64,000 nt of DNA from a virus. The stretch spans positions 25,659 to 89,658 of the IMG/VR virus record IMGVR_UViG_3300031957_002938. One strand, written 5' to 3'. The notes below the pieces were generated by a model. That model was not told where the DNA came from, made no database searches, and saw only the letters and a program-made list of their open reading frames with translations. Shown piece after piece: positions 46,001-57,800 of the stretch. The translations under genes were made by a program, and so were the position numbers. Numbering within the stretch: the stretch's first letter is position 1; each line of letters begins with the position of its first letter.

Positions 46001-49000
46001 GAGTATTCGGACAAGGCTTATTTGTTAGTGGTGTTCCTGTTTTGACTGGCGAGAATAATCCAGCAGAGGCTGATACTTTACAGACTGTTACTGATCGTGG
46101 CGCTACCACCACTAATAGTATCACGGTAGGACTTACATTAGATGTCGCCGATTCTGTAAGACATGCTGGTGATACAGATACAAGATTAGACTTCGCTCCA
46201 GATCAGGTGAAACTTGTTTCTAATGGCATAACACGTTTACAAACGGAAAACGCTGGAGTCATTATTAATGAAGGAGGTGTTTCTGCCGACTTTAGAGTCG
46301 AGGGTGACACTGATACTCACGCATTATTTGTAGATGGCTCTGCTGATAATGTAGGTATAGGCGTAAATACCCCTACAACGAAATTAGCAGTTGATGGGAC
46401 GATATCTGGCGTTAGTGGACAATTTGATCAAGGCTTGTTCATAAGCGGTGTCCCAGTGTCAACGGGTTCTGCCGCTGAAGCGGATACTCTACAAACTGTC
46501 ACAGATCGCGGTGCTACTAGCACCAATGCTATTAGCGTATCTAATGTTGTAACAGCTAACCAGTTCAATGTGGGTAATGAAGGTAAGGTTATCTCTACCT
46601 CCACATTAGGTCTTCAACTCCAAGCTAATAGCACAGATAAGCCAATTATATTTTCCACTAACAGTGGAGGTATGACTGAAAGGATGCGTATTACAAGGAC
46701 GGGTGTCGGAATAGGTGTGCCAGATCCTGTGGAAATGTTAGAGTTGGGTGCAGGAGGAAGAATAGGATTAACAGATTCTGCTGGGACATATGATAGTGTT
46801 GTTTATAATGATGGCTCTACTTTCAAAGTAGCTGACGGTGCGGGTAGTTATCATGTTGATAAAATCAATCTATTAGGTCTATTAGACTTAGGTGTTGGGC
46901 ATACTATCAAAGGAGTAGATAACTCAATTATAGCAAACAAAGATATTTTAGCACCAAAAGATGGAAGTTTTGGTTTTAGAACTTACGGAGCTACTAATCA
47001 ATACGATGCAATAAGTTCTCAATTCATTGATAACAACAACAATGCATTGTCATTTAATGTAAAAGCTGGTGGCACTACGTCAGAAGCCTTCCGTATAGAC
47101 AAAGATGGAAACATAGGTGTCGATACGACTGCTCCATTAGCTAAACTTGACGTTAGAGGTGACATCTCTGGTTCTGGTAGTTTTTTAGGCACTGGCGTAG
47201 GTAATCGCATAACAAATAACGGTGTTCCTTATCTCCTTTCAGGTGATTCACCAGCAGAAACCCAAACTCTTCAAGACGTTTGTGATAACGGCAACACAAC
47301 CACTACTGCCGTTAATATTAGTGGAGATATAACTGTAGCTAATAATATATTTAAAAATGTAGAAAATTCATCTTTAGGACTATATGGAGGATCAGATACA
47401 CTCACTAATGATGGGTTTATAAAGATTCATGGCAACGCAAACAATTGGGGTAAAGTCCAAACTAACATAGGATATGATGCCACAAATAGTAAGGCTCATT
47501 GGACATTAAATAATACCACAGAGTTAATGACTCTGAAGGGAGATGGCTCTTTAGGTCTAGGAACAACCGCTCCAACTGAAACATTAGATGTAAGAGGAAC
47601 CACACTTTTGTCTGGAGATGTAACAGTCGCAGATGGCAAAGATATACTATTAGACGGTCACAGTTCGCAAATTCAGTTTGATACTACTAGTAACTTTATA
47701 GATAAAAGTTCTGATTCTAGTATGCGTATTAGAGTTTCGGATAATAGTGCGACTTTAAGACATGAGCTTCTAGGTGCTAGAGAACACGACATGAACTTTA
47801 GGTGGTTCCAAGGTCCACACTCTAGTTCTTTTAAAGAACTAATGACCCTTAGTGCGAGCGGTCGCCTTCGTATTGGACAGGATACAGACGGTTCTGTGCC
47901 TCTGACCACGCTGGACGTAAGAGGAGATATCTCTGGTTCAGGTAGTTTCTTGGGAACAGGAGACGGAAATAGAATTACCAATAACGGTGTGCCTTACCTC
48001 CTCTCTGGAGATTCTCCTGCGGAGAATGACACACTGCAAGATGTCACGACTCGCGGCAACAGCACAAGCACTTCGATTCTTTCTACTGGCCCACACATCT
48101 CTGGTGTTACGGGATTATACAGCGATAAGGTGGGGATAGGAACAGATAATCCTCAAGAAAAACTTCATGTAGATGAAGGCTATATACTAGCTGATGGCGC
48201 GTCTACAAATCACGGATTTGAATTAAGAAGAGATTCTTCTGATACTTTCCAAATAAGACATTTAGGAGGTAATTTTACTATAAATAACCTTACAGATAAC
48301 CGCAAAGATTTATCTATTGATGGAGATGGTAATGTTGGTATTGGAACAAATGCTCCATCAGAGAGATTAGATATAGTATCAGGTCATATAAGCGTCCAAT
48401 CCAATCCAGTTGGTGGTATAACTCCTCCAGTTTTAACTATAGGACAAGTTAATAATGCTTATCAAGCAGGATTAATATCTGACACCCATGTAACCCTTAA
48501 ATCAACTAACGGGGCTGGAAACATCTACTTCCAACCTGGAAATGCACAAGGGTCCCGCTCCATTGTGAAGAATGATGGCAAAATGGGGGTCAATACTGTT
48601 AGCCCAAACTCCACACTGCATGTCAATGGAGATATTACTGGAGCAGGAGATGTTTTAGGAACAGGTGTTGGTAATAGAATTACCAATAACGGCACACCTT
48701 ATCTACTCTCTGGAGATTCTCCTGCGGAAACGCAAACTCTTCAAGACGTTTGCGACAATGGGAATACAACTACAACTTCCATAATTTCCACGGGACCGCA
48801 CATCTCTGGAGTCACGGGACTGTATAGCACAGTAAAAATAGGAGAAGATGGAGTTGCTGGCGGGAGATTAATTACCGCCGACTCAATGATTTTCCAAATT
48901 GATTGCGACAATACCTCTAGCTCATCAAGCTATAGGTTTAGGAAAGATAGCACAGTTGACGCTGGGACTGAACTAATGCGTATCCAAGAAGATGGTAACG

Positions 49001-51957
49001 TAGGTATAGGAACAGATGCTCCATCTAGCACCCTTGAAGTTGTAGGTCATACAATATCGATAAGCACAACAGGTATTGTTGGTAAGGGGTTCCATTTAGG
49101 AGATTCTTATGGCTCTTTAGGTCTATTTGGCTCTTCAGATGTAGGAACACACTATAATCCAGAAAGTATTACTGTCTCTGCTGGTAATAGAAATGAGTCA
49201 AATAGTGCTTATATAGATATTTATAGTAGATTTGGTAGCACCGCTAGTTCATTTGGTGATATAGATCTTCGTGCTGGTTACAGTTCTGCTAGCAACATGG
49301 AGGGTGATATTAGTTTATATACATCTGGTCAAAATAGATTAATAGCAAAACACGATGGTAATGTAGGGGTAGGAACATCTAGTCCAGACGCGCATTTAAA
49401 TGTATATAATACAGGAATAACTTCAAGTGTAGCTGATGTTCATATTGTCGGCTCTGGTAATACTTATGGTTTACTTTATGAGAGATTAAGAAATGATTCT
49501 CTTATTGTTTCTAAATCAACAAGTGCTGGTTCTTATTTTAAAACAGATTCAGCTACTCCTTCTTTCCAAGGTTATGAAATTGGGACAAACTGGTTCTTGG
49601 GCCAATATGGTTATAATGACTTTAGAATAACCGATGGGTCAAAGAGTGGTGGAACTGCCGCATTGACGATTCAAGATTCTACTCAAAATGTTGGTATAGG
49701 GACAACTGTTCCATCTCAAACACTCCACGTTAAAGGTATTGGTATGATTGAAGATACCAGTTCCACTGCTTATGGAACACTTCAATTTGGAACTAATACC
49801 TCACGTTATATACGTGGTAATTCTGCTGAATTACAAGTTGGTTCTACGATACAGCAACTTCATTTCCAAAACACAAGTGCTGCTGGACAAATCGCCTCAA
49901 GCGCAGCAGACGGAACAGACGCAATCCAAATACTTGCTAGAACTGTTCATACTTCTGCTAATATACTGGAAGTAGTAAATGGCAATGGAGCAGCACCAAT
50001 ATTTACTATTGATTATACTGGTAATGCAGAGGTCACTGGCAGTATCTATGGAACAGGCGCGGGAAATAGAATTACCAAAGATGGAATACCTTATCTGCTT
50101 TCTGGAGATTCTCCTGCGGAGACTCAAACTCTCCAAGACGTTTGTGACAATGGTAATACCACAACGACTTCCATTCTCTCCTCTGGCCCTTATATTTCTG
50201 GGGTTACAGGATTATTTGAAGGGTCTGCGCAAGTCAAAGGCGCTAATAGTTGGGCTGGAGTAGACACCCAAGGTGGCGCTATATATATGTCTGAACTGGG
50301 CAAAGGTCTTCTTGGTAACATGGGTAGTAACTACGCTAGACCACTGATTAGTTCAACAACCCAAACCATAAATATTGGCAGCGACGGAACAAGCGCAATA
50401 AGAAACATTAAATATAATGCTGGTAATGGTGCTGGAGCAGCAGATAGCGAACATAATTTCTACACTAGCGGATCTAACAATAGATTTCATATCGCAAAAG
50501 ACGGTAATGTCGGTATAAACTACGATGATCCTCAATCAAAACTTGATGTCAGATTAGCTGTCGGCGGCACTTCACCTTTAATGGATGCTGGTAATGTTAA
50601 TAACCTTTTAACTTTACGAGTTCCCAATAACTCTGATCCTGCAAGTGTTGCAAACACAGGCGCTAAGTGGGGAATGAAATTAAGAGGTTATATTACCGAT
50701 GCTTCTAATCCAAATAGAAAAACCGCTGCTGTTTACGCTGTTTCTGAAGACTCTTTAGGTTATAACAGAAAAGTTGGGATGGCCTTACACACAAGTCCAT
50801 TCGATGCAGATCATGTAGAGAGAGTTCGTATAGATTGTGATGGTAATGTTGGTATAGGGACAACAAATCCTGTTCAAGAATTACAAGTTAATGGCAATAT
50901 TTATGCAGCAGGAGGACACTTCTTTGTAGATAATGATAAATCTTTAACTGCTGTTGGTGATTTACGTTTAAGAACAAACAATGGAACCACAGCAGTTTTC
51001 ATAGATACAAGTCAAGATGTTGGTATAGGAACAACTAGTCCAGCAGCGAAACTGCATGTAGCAGACTCTAGTAGCACCTCACCGATTAGGGCTTATAACG
51101 GATCATATTACGCTTCTATAGGAGCAAATAATAACGCTGCATGGGTTCAGGCGGGAGGAAGCCCAACCCACGGGTTACGTTTATCCGCTGGGGCCAATGG
51201 AGCAATGTCTGTATATGCTTCTCGCGGCGTAGCAATAGGAGAATACCCTACAACAGATCCAGGAGCAGATAATTTTACTGTCGCAGGTAATGTTGGTATA
51301 GGAACAAATAGTCCAAGTTCCACATTACATGTTTACGATTCAGCAGGACCAACTATAAAGTTTGAAAGAAATAGTAACTCTAATCTAGAATTTATATTTG
51401 GAACTGCTAACACTTCAATTATAGGAGCAGGAGAACTTCAATTTAGAGCTAATGGTGGTACTTCTAATAAGTTTGTAATCAATAATTCTTTGATTACAGC
51501 AAGTGCTGATTTATATGTTAATGCAAATGTAGGTATAGGAACTTCTTCTCCAAGCTATGAACTTGATGTAAATGGAACAACAAGATCTACATACTACATA
51601 GGTGGTGCTTACTTGGAGGAGAACGCATCCTCTAGCAAACTAAAGTTATACCCTGATGGCACAGTCCTTGTAATAAATAAAGATGGAGAACTTGAGCCAT
51701 GTAAAAAAGAAAATGACACTTTAGTCTTTGGTGTCACAAAGGTAGACTTTGATTCTCCTGTAGTGCTTGGTGCAGAGCCTGTTCTTGTAACAGGGCCAGT
51801 CGAAGTGGGTGATTATATTGTGACTTCAAATAAACAAGGTCATGGACAAGCGGCGAAAGATCTTTGGAAAATAAAAGTAGGAACTGTTATTGCACAAGCT
51901 ATGGAAAGTGGTGATGGAGAATCTTATAATATAAAAGCGATGATTAGAAAAATGTAA
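43042..51957 (+). CDS. Giant modular tail fibre 1 (2971 aa) with C-terminal intramolecular-chaperone-like domain
   Basis: More than a dozen GNVGIGT..P repeats, DTLQxVxDxG linkers, a GGxxN YadA-head-like tract, C-terminal GPVEVGDYIVTS...IAQAME. Confidence 0.8.
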   Translation: MNQTGYTVLKIPKTGAAFAYAKQARDFATGATGAGGYLHTTATNEQWRDVRFVSAILEGSSSLPVSIGASYSDLYTGVTTVIGGTTPIGDLRSEDGPYVTVGSSSLYYTKKGQEYGGAFYAAYIGGTNSLPTKIGVGTTAGDVTANGYFEGSFTTNDIHEFQTSFTADSTDLSKITTGSGVYTEGADVTLQFNILNRNGEQLSSAAQIAADPFVSGQKISILNTDGTIAFSDYRIGGDSTFTFSSSQNIDVFGTFTRNFGIRNQVVNQDGGVHTSEFYLYANTATFDKVFVRSSGQTVLNESYTNNSPPNTGSIPTSSERANALKYFNNQPINDSGVTGFIEFDLGFNESPNFTSLGDLVVFYGTSGDFTTNRSSLVGNFPLNSVQEGQRIRLTANDGIPEGTGLFFKLAADTEVGFNEELFNVGPFTLEPEVEGPDLNLYNQGDQTLVGDFTIEGGLEGDDADGGNLNVSGNALGTGEAGRLTGPTGIPYLLSGDAAGTESDTLQTVTARGNTTVGLDVNFQDILYVDHTNDRVGIGTISPQTPLHVESESFFDGNVGIGTINPTQKLDVNGIITSKGLQTNTTNTNYNLISRNNAGNSPLYVQSANSNTDQPIAFFSYGSATANAGTKILKVGKDKSYFDNTNVGIGSTIPTVALDVAGAGKFTSQVTIPATPLASTDAASKGYVDAQVGSADTLQEVVDNGNATTTDINYNGSKIIFNGDTDKSIGYSTDSPEGLLLGTDVKSIKTAHSDQFTLFPNQSVAIGASAEIIGASPATGSAVLGGTGNRISGHFNTLVGGAQNKISGDLLGFNFIGGGSGIDVIDSQYSSSVGGYNNDVLGSDYSVIAGGHGNKATGVNGIFIGGGFGNTAKGGSSVIVGGQSNTIHGNSNRSFIGAGASNVISGEENVIGGGNNHLIEGSRSVILGGDFNEIKADDGVVAGSYSKVQAGHGGAFVFSDSNSTPTLSTGANAMVLNFAGGVHVPTSGVFGQGLFVSGVPVLTGENNPAEADTLQTVTDRGATTTNSITVGLTLDVADSVRHAGDTDTRLDFAPDQVKLVSNGITRLQTENAGVIINEGGVSADFRVEGDTDTHALFVDGSADNVGIGVNTPTTKLAVDGTISGVSGQFDQGLFISGVPVSTGSAAEADTLQTVTDRGATSTNAISVSNVVTANQFNVGNEGKVISTSTLGLQLQANSTDKPIIFSTNSGGMTERMRITRTGVGIGVPDPVEMLELGAGGRIGLTDSAGTYDSVVYNDGSTFKVADGAGSYHVDKINLLGLLDLGVGHTIKGVDNSIIANKDILAPKDGSFGFRTYGATNQYDAISSQFIDNNNNALSFNVKAGGTTSEAFRIDKDGNIGVDTTAPLAKLDVRGDISGSGSFLGTGVGNRITNNGVPYLLSGDSPAETQTLQDVCDNGNTTTTAVNISGDITVANNIFKNVENSSLGLYGGSDTLTNDGFIKIHGNANNWGKVQTNIGYDATNSKAHWTLNNTTELMTLKGDGSLGLGTTAPTETLDVRGTTLLSGDVTVADGKDILLDGHSSQIQFDTTSNFIDKSSDSSMRIRVSDNSATLRHELLGAREHDMNFRWFQGPHSSSFKELMTLSASGRLRIGQDTDGSVPLTTLDVRGDISGSGSFLGTGDGNRITNNGVPYLLSGDSPAENDTLQDVTTRGNSTSTSILSTGPHISGVTGLYSDKVGIGTDNPQEKLHVDEGYILADGASTNHGFELRRDSSDTFQIRHLGGNFTINNLTDNRKDLSIDGDGNVGIGTNAPSERLDIVSGHISVQSNPVGGITPPVLTIGQVNNAYQAGLISDTHVTLKSTNGAGNIYFQPGNAQGSRSIVKNDGKMGVNTVSPNSTLHVNGDITGAGDVLGTGVGNRITNNGTPYLLSGDSPAETQTLQDVCDNGNTTTTSIISTGPHISGVTGLYSTVKIGEDGVAGGRLITADSMIFQIDCDNTSSSSSYRFRKDSTVDAGTELMRIQEDGNVGIGTDAPSSTLEVVGHTISISTTGIVGKGFHLGDSYGSLGLFGSSDVGTHYNPESITVSAGNRNESNSAYIDIYSRFGSTASSFGDIDLRAGYSSASNMEGDISLYTSGQNRLIAKHDGNVGVGTSSPDAHLNVYNTGITSSVADVHIVGSGNTYGLLYERLRNDSLIVSKSTSAGSYFKTDSATPSFQGYEIGTNWFLGQYGYNDFRITDGSKSGGTAALTIQDSTQNVGIGTTVPSQTLHVKGIGMIEDTSSTAYGTLQFGTNTSRYIRGNSAELQVGSTIQQLHFQNTSAAGQIASSAADGTDAIQILARTVHTSANILEVVNGNGAAPIFTIDYTGNAEVTGSIYGTGAGNRITKDGIPYLLSGDSPAETQTLQDVCDNGNTTTTSILSSGPYISGVTGLFEGSAQVKGANSWAGVDTQGGAIYMSELGKGLLGNMGSNYARPLISSTTQTINIGSDGTSAIRNIKYNAGNGAGAADSEHNFYTSGSNNRFHIAKDGNVGINYDDPQSKLDVRLAVGGTSPLMDAGNVNNLLTLRVPNNSDPASVANTGAKWGMKLRGYITDASNPNRKTAAVYAVSEDSLGYNRKVGMALHTSPFDADHVERVRIDCDGNVGIGTTNPVQELQVNGNIYAAGGHFFVDNDKSLTAVGDLRLRTNNGTTAVFIDTSQDVGIGTTSPAAKLHVADSSSTSPIRAYNGSYYASIGANNNAAWVQAGGSPTHGLRLSAGANGAMSVYASRGVAIGEYPTTDPGADNFTVAGNVGIGTNSPSSTLHVYDSAGPTIKFERNSNSNLEFIFGTANTSIIGAGELQFRANGGTSNKFVINNSLITASADLYVNANVGIGTSSPSYELDVNGTTRSTYYIGGAYLEENASSSKLKLYPDGTVLVINKDGELEPCKKENDTLVFGVTKVDFDSPVVLGAEPVLVTGPVEVGDYIVTSNKQGHGQAAKDLWKIKVGTVIAQAMESGDGESYNIKAMIRKM
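47145..50215 (+). repeat. Four copies of an approximately 150-200 bp intragenic repeat (GTG.GNRIT.NG.PYLLSGDSPAE..TLQDV..)
   Basis: Copies near 47145, 47910, 48625 and 50030; a diverged copy near 44460. Confidence 0.85.
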
Positions 51958-52154
51958 TGAGAGTTTATTTTAAATATAATAAAAACACAGACGAGACCTC
52001 TCTTTATGGAGATGAAGAGGCTCTAAAATTATTCGAGGTAGAAAATATCACAAATAATGAAGAAGAAGTTTTATTGAGCGTTGTCATACAAACAGATTTA
52101 GGCTCGCTGGCAGCGCCCCCAACACTAGAAGAGGAGGAATTCGAAAATGGCTAA
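51957..52154 (+). CDS. Small acidic protein (possible fibre chaperone)
   Basis: 65 aa, overlapping the flanking genes. Confidence 0.55.
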   Translation: MRVYFKYNKNTDETSLYGDEEALKLFEVENITNNEEEVLLSVVIQTDLGSLAAPPTLEEEEFENG

Positions 52155-54810
52155 TTATACTTCTACACAAAACGGTAATTTTAATAACGCAGCTACATGG
52201 GGTGGCGGTGGATTTCCTAGTGCAAACGCAGATACATTTACTATTACTAATGGTCATACTGTTGTTTATAATGTGAGTGGCACAATAAGCGATGGCTTTG
52301 GTGATTCTAGTATTTATGGTCATTTAAGACACTCTGGGGGAATGGTCACAGAGTTAAGGATGGACGGAAACTTGAATGTAAGGACAAATGGTCTTTATGA
52401 GATGGTCGATGATAGCACTTTGGTTATAAAAGGAGATAATAACGACGATCATCAATTTAGTGTTTATAACGAGGCTGGAGCAAGTTTTCTAGCAACTGGC
52501 AGTTCTCCAACTCAAGAAACAAAAATCGCTGTTTCAGGGGACGCAGGAGATGATTATTTCAATGTAGATGACTCTACAAACTTTCAAACAGGTGATTGGT
52601 GTAGTATACATTTTAGGTATTCTAATTTAAAAAGTAGAGAAGATTGGGTTAACAATACCGCATACCCAACTGGGCCTCTATCTGGAGATGGGGTTAATCA
52701 GTCGAGGAATAGTTGGGAAAGTAGCAATCAAAACCACAACGAAAGCTCACATAATTTAGATGAGGGTTTTATCATTCATGATATTAATGGTAATAATATT
52801 TATCCTAGAAATTTAGTAGGACCAGAAGAGACAGTCGTGACTGCTAAAGCAAATCGAATTAAAGTAAGTGATTCTAGAGTTTTTAGAGTTGGGCAAAAGC
52901 TAATTTTTGGAACCTCTAGCACAAGGAATGTTAAAGAAGTTTCAGAAATTAATAATAATTTAAATGTAATTAAATTCACTTCTAATTTATCTTCGACAAA
53001 TGTAGTAGGACAAAAGGTTTACATAGGAGGAGCAGGAAGTCACCATTATGGCGAATCTACAGTAAGAAGAGTCGCCTCTCAAATCGCCACCACCGCCGCC
53101 AAAGACGCTACCACAATAACAATAAATGAAGCTAGTGATTATGTAGTAGGAGATGAGTTTTATGTTGATCATGTAAAAACAGATGATGAAACATGGACAA
53201 ACCTTTTTGGAGGTTATGGAAGTAGTTCCTATTATCAAGACTGCAATAAGAGACACAAAGTAACAAACAAATCAGGCAACACCTTAACTTTCACTCCTGC
53301 CTTACCCCACGCTGCTACTGCTGGAACTTTTCTTTATAAAGCTAATAGAAAAATAACGATCAGAGGAGCAGATTACTCTGTAGATAAACCCTCAATCTAT
53401 TTTAGAAGCAGATCTACAACCACTACAATAGATGGTCACAGCAGGTATGATAGAAAACTTTTAATTAAAGATGTTCAGTTTTTAGGAATGGGGAATAGTA
53501 GCTCTAGTAACCAAGTCTGGTTTAGAGGAGGTTATAATGACGGCTACTGGAGAAACTCTCACAATGTTGAGGGTCTAGTAATTGATGGGATGGGGAATTC
53601 TCATGCCTACTATGTAAGAGCAGATAGTTTGTATTATGCCACTTGGAGAAACTGGATCATAGCAAATATGTATAGAGGTGGTTATAGTGGGAATGTAGAT
53701 AACAATATATTTAATACTGTTTATTTAAACTGCCGCCGTTCAAACGAAAACAGATACATGTATTATCGTAATGGTAGATATTGGTATAATAGAATGATTA
53801 AAATTTATGATTATGATTATTCTAGATCTCCTACTTTATGGAATTCTATGACCACTCATTTTCAAAATTACTATAATGGTTGGCATGGACCATATTTATA
53901 TAATGGTGCTAACTGGTTTCAATGTGAAGTTTGTTATAGATACTATCCTGTGAGAGCTTACCAAGCAGAACATAAATCAATATCTTATACAAAATTTAAA
54001 AATATTCCTGATGATGCAAATAGTGATCCTTATTACTATGAAACAAGTAGAGAACTTTATAGAAATGACCCTCCTGCGTCAAGCCTACTTGTAAAAGATA
54101 AAGATTACATTTTAGGTAATGATTTTATATTTGCTGGAGGGGCCGCTAAATGTTGGAAAGAGGAAGAGGGAGCTTATAGAATTTATGGTGGTAGAACTGG
54201 AGGATATGACTCTCCAGATGGAACTTTTCAAGAAATTGAAATACCGCCCAAATCAACAATTAGAATTACTGGGGAAGCAAAGCTACCTGCTACAACTTAT
54301 AACAATGCGACAAGTTGGAGTTATTGTCCACATTTATTGTTTTATTTTTGTAGCTCAAGACATCATCAGCAGTGTGCTTATGGCGATAATTTTTATGATT
54401 CTGATTTCTATAGTTCTAATAGAAAATTTAGTAAATTTGCTAATGTCCCTGAACAAGATGTCAACTGGGGCGCAGAGGGCCGTTTTGATTATGATAACGC
54501 CACTGTATCAGGCCAGCCAAGAGGAAGTTATAGAGACACTCCGTTTAATTCAAAAACAGAATATAAGAGCAAAACTATCACAATAGTTAATGATTCTTGG
54601 TTCCCAAAACCTTTAAGGGTCGGTTTTTGTAGCGTTAGCTCTAACGCAAGATTCGGGTGGTTTGAAAAACCCCTTAAAATAGCCATGACAAAACAAGGAG
54701 GTCTTGGAGACAGTAGATTAAATTCACTAAAAAAGATGGGGGAATACATCATGAAAATAGGTGTAAGTACAGTTAGTAACATCAAGCGAATTGGGGGTTC
54801 TAGATTATAA
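52147..54810 (+). CDS. Virion-associated protein with G8-like N-terminus and beta-helix-like region
   Basis: TSTQNGNFNNAATWGG..P...D..TI..GHTV; Tyr/Asn-rich repeats. Confidence 0.6.
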   Translation: MANYTSTQNGNFNNAATWGGGGFPSANADTFTITNGHTVVYNVSGTISDGFGDSSIYGHLRHSGGMVTELRMDGNLNVRTNGLYEMVDDSTLVIKGDNNDDHQFSVYNEAGASFLATGSSPTQETKIAVSGDAGDDYFNVDDSTNFQTGDWCSIHFRYSNLKSREDWVNNTAYPTGPLSGDGVNQSRNSWESSNQNHNESSHNLDEGFIIHDINGNNIYPRNLVGPEETVVTAKANRIKVSDSRVFRVGQKLIFGTSSTRNVKEVSEINNNLNVIKFTSNLSSTNVVGQKVYIGGAGSHHYGESTVRRVASQIATTAAKDATTITINEASDYVVGDEFYVDHVKTDDETWTNLFGGYGSSSYYQDCNKRHKVTNKSGNTLTFTPALPHAATAGTFLYKANRKITIRGADYSVDKPSIYFRSRSTTTTIDGHSRYDRKLLIKDVQFLGMGNSSSSNQVWFRGGYNDGYWRNSHNVEGLVIDGMGNSHAYYVRADSLYYATWRNWIIANMYRGGYSGNVDNNIFNTVYLNCRRSNENRYMYYRNGRYWYNRMIKIYDYDYSRSPTLWNSMTTHFQNYYNGWHGPYLYNGANWFQCEVCYRYYPVRAYQAEHKSISYTKFKNIPDDANSDPYYYETSRELYRNDPPASSLLVKDKDYILGNDFIFAGGAAKCWKEEEGAYRIYGGRTGGYDSPDGTFQEIEIPPKSTIRITGEAKLPATTYNNATSWSYCPHLLFYFCSSRHHQQCAYGDNFYDSDFYSSNRKFSKFANVPEQDVNWGAEGRFDYDNATVSGQPRGSYRDTPFNSKTEYKSKTITIVNDSWFPKPLRVGFCSVSSNARFGWFEKPLKIAMTKQGGLGDSRLNSLKKMGEYIMKIGVSTVSNIKRIGGSRL

Positions 54811-54813
54811 ATT

Positions 54814-57800
54814 ATGCCGACAGTAACAGGAGACAATTTCTATATAGATAAGCACAACCTCCAATTCAGGACTGGAGTAGAGTCATTAGCTTCTATAGAA
54901 TATAGCAAGTTATCAGAGAGTATTAGTATAAATACTGCTGGAACAGGAGCTATCAATATCGGAGACGCTGGTGGAGATATCTTTATAGGAGATGGCTTAA
55001 ATCAAACTGACATTGTTTTTGAACAAAATGGGGCGATAAGAGGGTTGTCTAATAAAACTTTATCTCTAGGCCAACCTGACTCTTTTGTCCAAGTAAACGC
55101 ACAAGACTTTATTGTTAGTGGAGATGCTCAATTTAGTGGCCAATTAACAGTTGATGGAAACCCTGTAATGACAGGAGCTAACCCTTTTGATGAGGATACC
55201 CTACAAACTGTTACTGATAGAGGAGCTACCACTACAAATAGTATAGGTATAGGAACAAACAGTCCTAGAGGTAAGTTAGATATTGTTGGAAACACAGATA
55301 ATGATACTGATTTTTTGACAATACAAGATGATGATCCTTCTGCTGGTTCACATAGACCAAGTATAAGATTTAGATCAGATAGCGCTCAAATTGGACAGAT
55401 TGTAAGTTTAAATAATGGAATGAGGTTTTCTGTGGGGACTACAGAAGATTCATTACTGGAAATCAAGAGTGGTGGCAATGTTGGTATAGGAACAACTAGT
55501 CCAAGTAACAAATTAACAGTAACAACAAGCACTACTTCTGATGGGGTGTTTATAGAAACTTCTCAACCTGTTACATATGCAAAGCTATTCAATTCTAATT
55601 CAGAGTCTTTTCCTGTAGGAAATTTGAACTTGAGTTATGGATCAAACTCTACTGCGGTTATTGTTGCATTAAGCAATAGAATGACTTTGAAAGGGGGCTA
55701 CACTACAGGAGGTCAAATATCCTTTTTGTCAGCTTCTTCAGAAATAATGAGAATGACCTCTACAGGTCTAGGTATAGGAACAACTAGTCCAACTGTTGCT
55801 TTAGATGTTGTGGGAAGATTGAATGTTAGTGGCATCACTAATATAAATGGAACTTATTTAAATATAGGTGGTGGGTATGGCTCTACAGGCTCTTCATTAG
55901 ATAGTTCAGGTAATATACAAGCAAATGGATATTTACATGTTGACGGTAACGTTGGTATAGGAACAACGAGTCCAACATCGCCTTTAACTATAAAGTCAAA
56001 CAGTGTTAGCTCAAACGACTCTGCTTTAACAATACAGGGGAACAGCAATACTAACGCTATTGTCAAAATAGCAGAAAAGGCAACTGATGGAGCAAGATTC
56101 CACATGTATGACGGGGGTGTAGAAAAAATAGCTTTTTACACTGATGGAACAGCTAACCACATTTCTGCTGGCAACGTTGGCATAGGAACAAATAGTCCAA
56201 CTGCACAATTACAAAGTGTAGCACCAGACGGTAATAAATCTTCTTTAAGGCTAGGTAGATCCGATACATCAATTTTCTGGGATTTCAATCATGCTGGAGG
56301 TGACCTAAGAATTTGGAACTCGGCAGCTTCTGGTTCAGATATTTTGCTTGGAGTAGATGCAGGAGGTACGGCAAAAAATAATAAATTAGGTATAGGAACA
56401 GCGAGTCCGACTGCGAAGTTACATGTTCAAGGAACTTCTTTCTTTTTTGATCAAGCTATTTTTGACGACAAGGTTGGTATAGGAACAGCTAGTCCAAGTA
56501 AGAAATTAGAAGTTAATTCTGGTTCAGGAAACACAGACGGTATTAGAATTACTGGTAGTGGAGCAAATACATCACTTATAATTAATAATACTGGTAGTAA
56601 TGGAGTTGCTTGGGACATAACTTCAACAGGTGGAGGACATGGATATGGAGATGGTGCATTACATTTCGGAGTAGCTTTTGGTCTGCCAAAAATGAAAATA
56701 ACCAGCACTGGCAACGTTGGTATAGGAACAACGGATCCAGCCACTATTTTAGACATAGATGATGGAACCCTTTCCGATATAAGAATAAGAGGTAATGCTA
56801 CAACTGATGTTAGATTTGCTGGAATTGCCTTTTATAATACAGCTGGAAGTGATACTGTAGCTGCGGTTAATGTAGACAGGGATGGAGCTAACGATGCGGG
56901 AGCTTTAACTTTTGATACTCAACCTGCTGGCGGAGGTAATACAGAACGATTGCGTATTTCCTCTACTGGAGCTATTAAATTCAACAACTACGGAGCTGGA
57001 ACATTCACGGGGACAGTAACGCAAAAACTAGGCGTTGATTCCTCTGGTAACGTAATTGAAATGCCAATCGGAGCGGGGCCAGTTGATGGATCAGGAACCG
57101 CTAATTACCTAGCGAGGTGGATAGATTCAGATACTTTAGGGATTGGAGCTGCATATGATAATGGTACGAATGTCGGTATAGGAACAAATAGTCCAAGTGC
57201 CAAGCTGGATATTGGTTCCGTTTTTACATTTAACACTTCAACTGATCTTTTAACTATAACCAATAATCAAAATACTGGTGGAATTAATTTATCTGGTGGA
57301 AATAGTAGAATATATTTTGGTGGTTATAGGGCTATTGAAGGCGATCAAAGTGGTGGCACATTATACATAGGTGAGGGGTATGGGACGATATCCTTGATGG
57401 ATGATGTCTCTATAAATGGTCAGTTGACACTTAATGGCTACGTCCAAGCAGGAAATGTAAAATTTGAGAGGGGTGGAATCAATAATTCTACATACACAAT
57501 GCTTTGCACTGTTGCAGGTGATCGCCTTGCGTCTATTGTGAATATGACAATCACGGGAACGAGTAACGCTGTTGTGTTATCTAGTTCCTTTGAGATAAAT
57601 GTAAATCATTATCAAGATATACATGTTAGGTCTTTGAGTGGAGATTACACCGAAGCCACGATCAGAATCACAAGTAATAATAATGAAGATTATTCTATTG
57701 AATTAAAACACAATGGTAGCACCACTACTAATGTGGAAGTTTGTGTTTTCCCACAGGCTGGCGAAACCATAACACCCACAACAACAGACCCTAACTATAC

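Noticed and set aside
54119-54586. 155-aa alternative-frame ORF inside the 887-aa gene
   Set aside because: Its Leu/Ile/Met-rich composition is typical of an off-frame read of AT-rich coding DNA.
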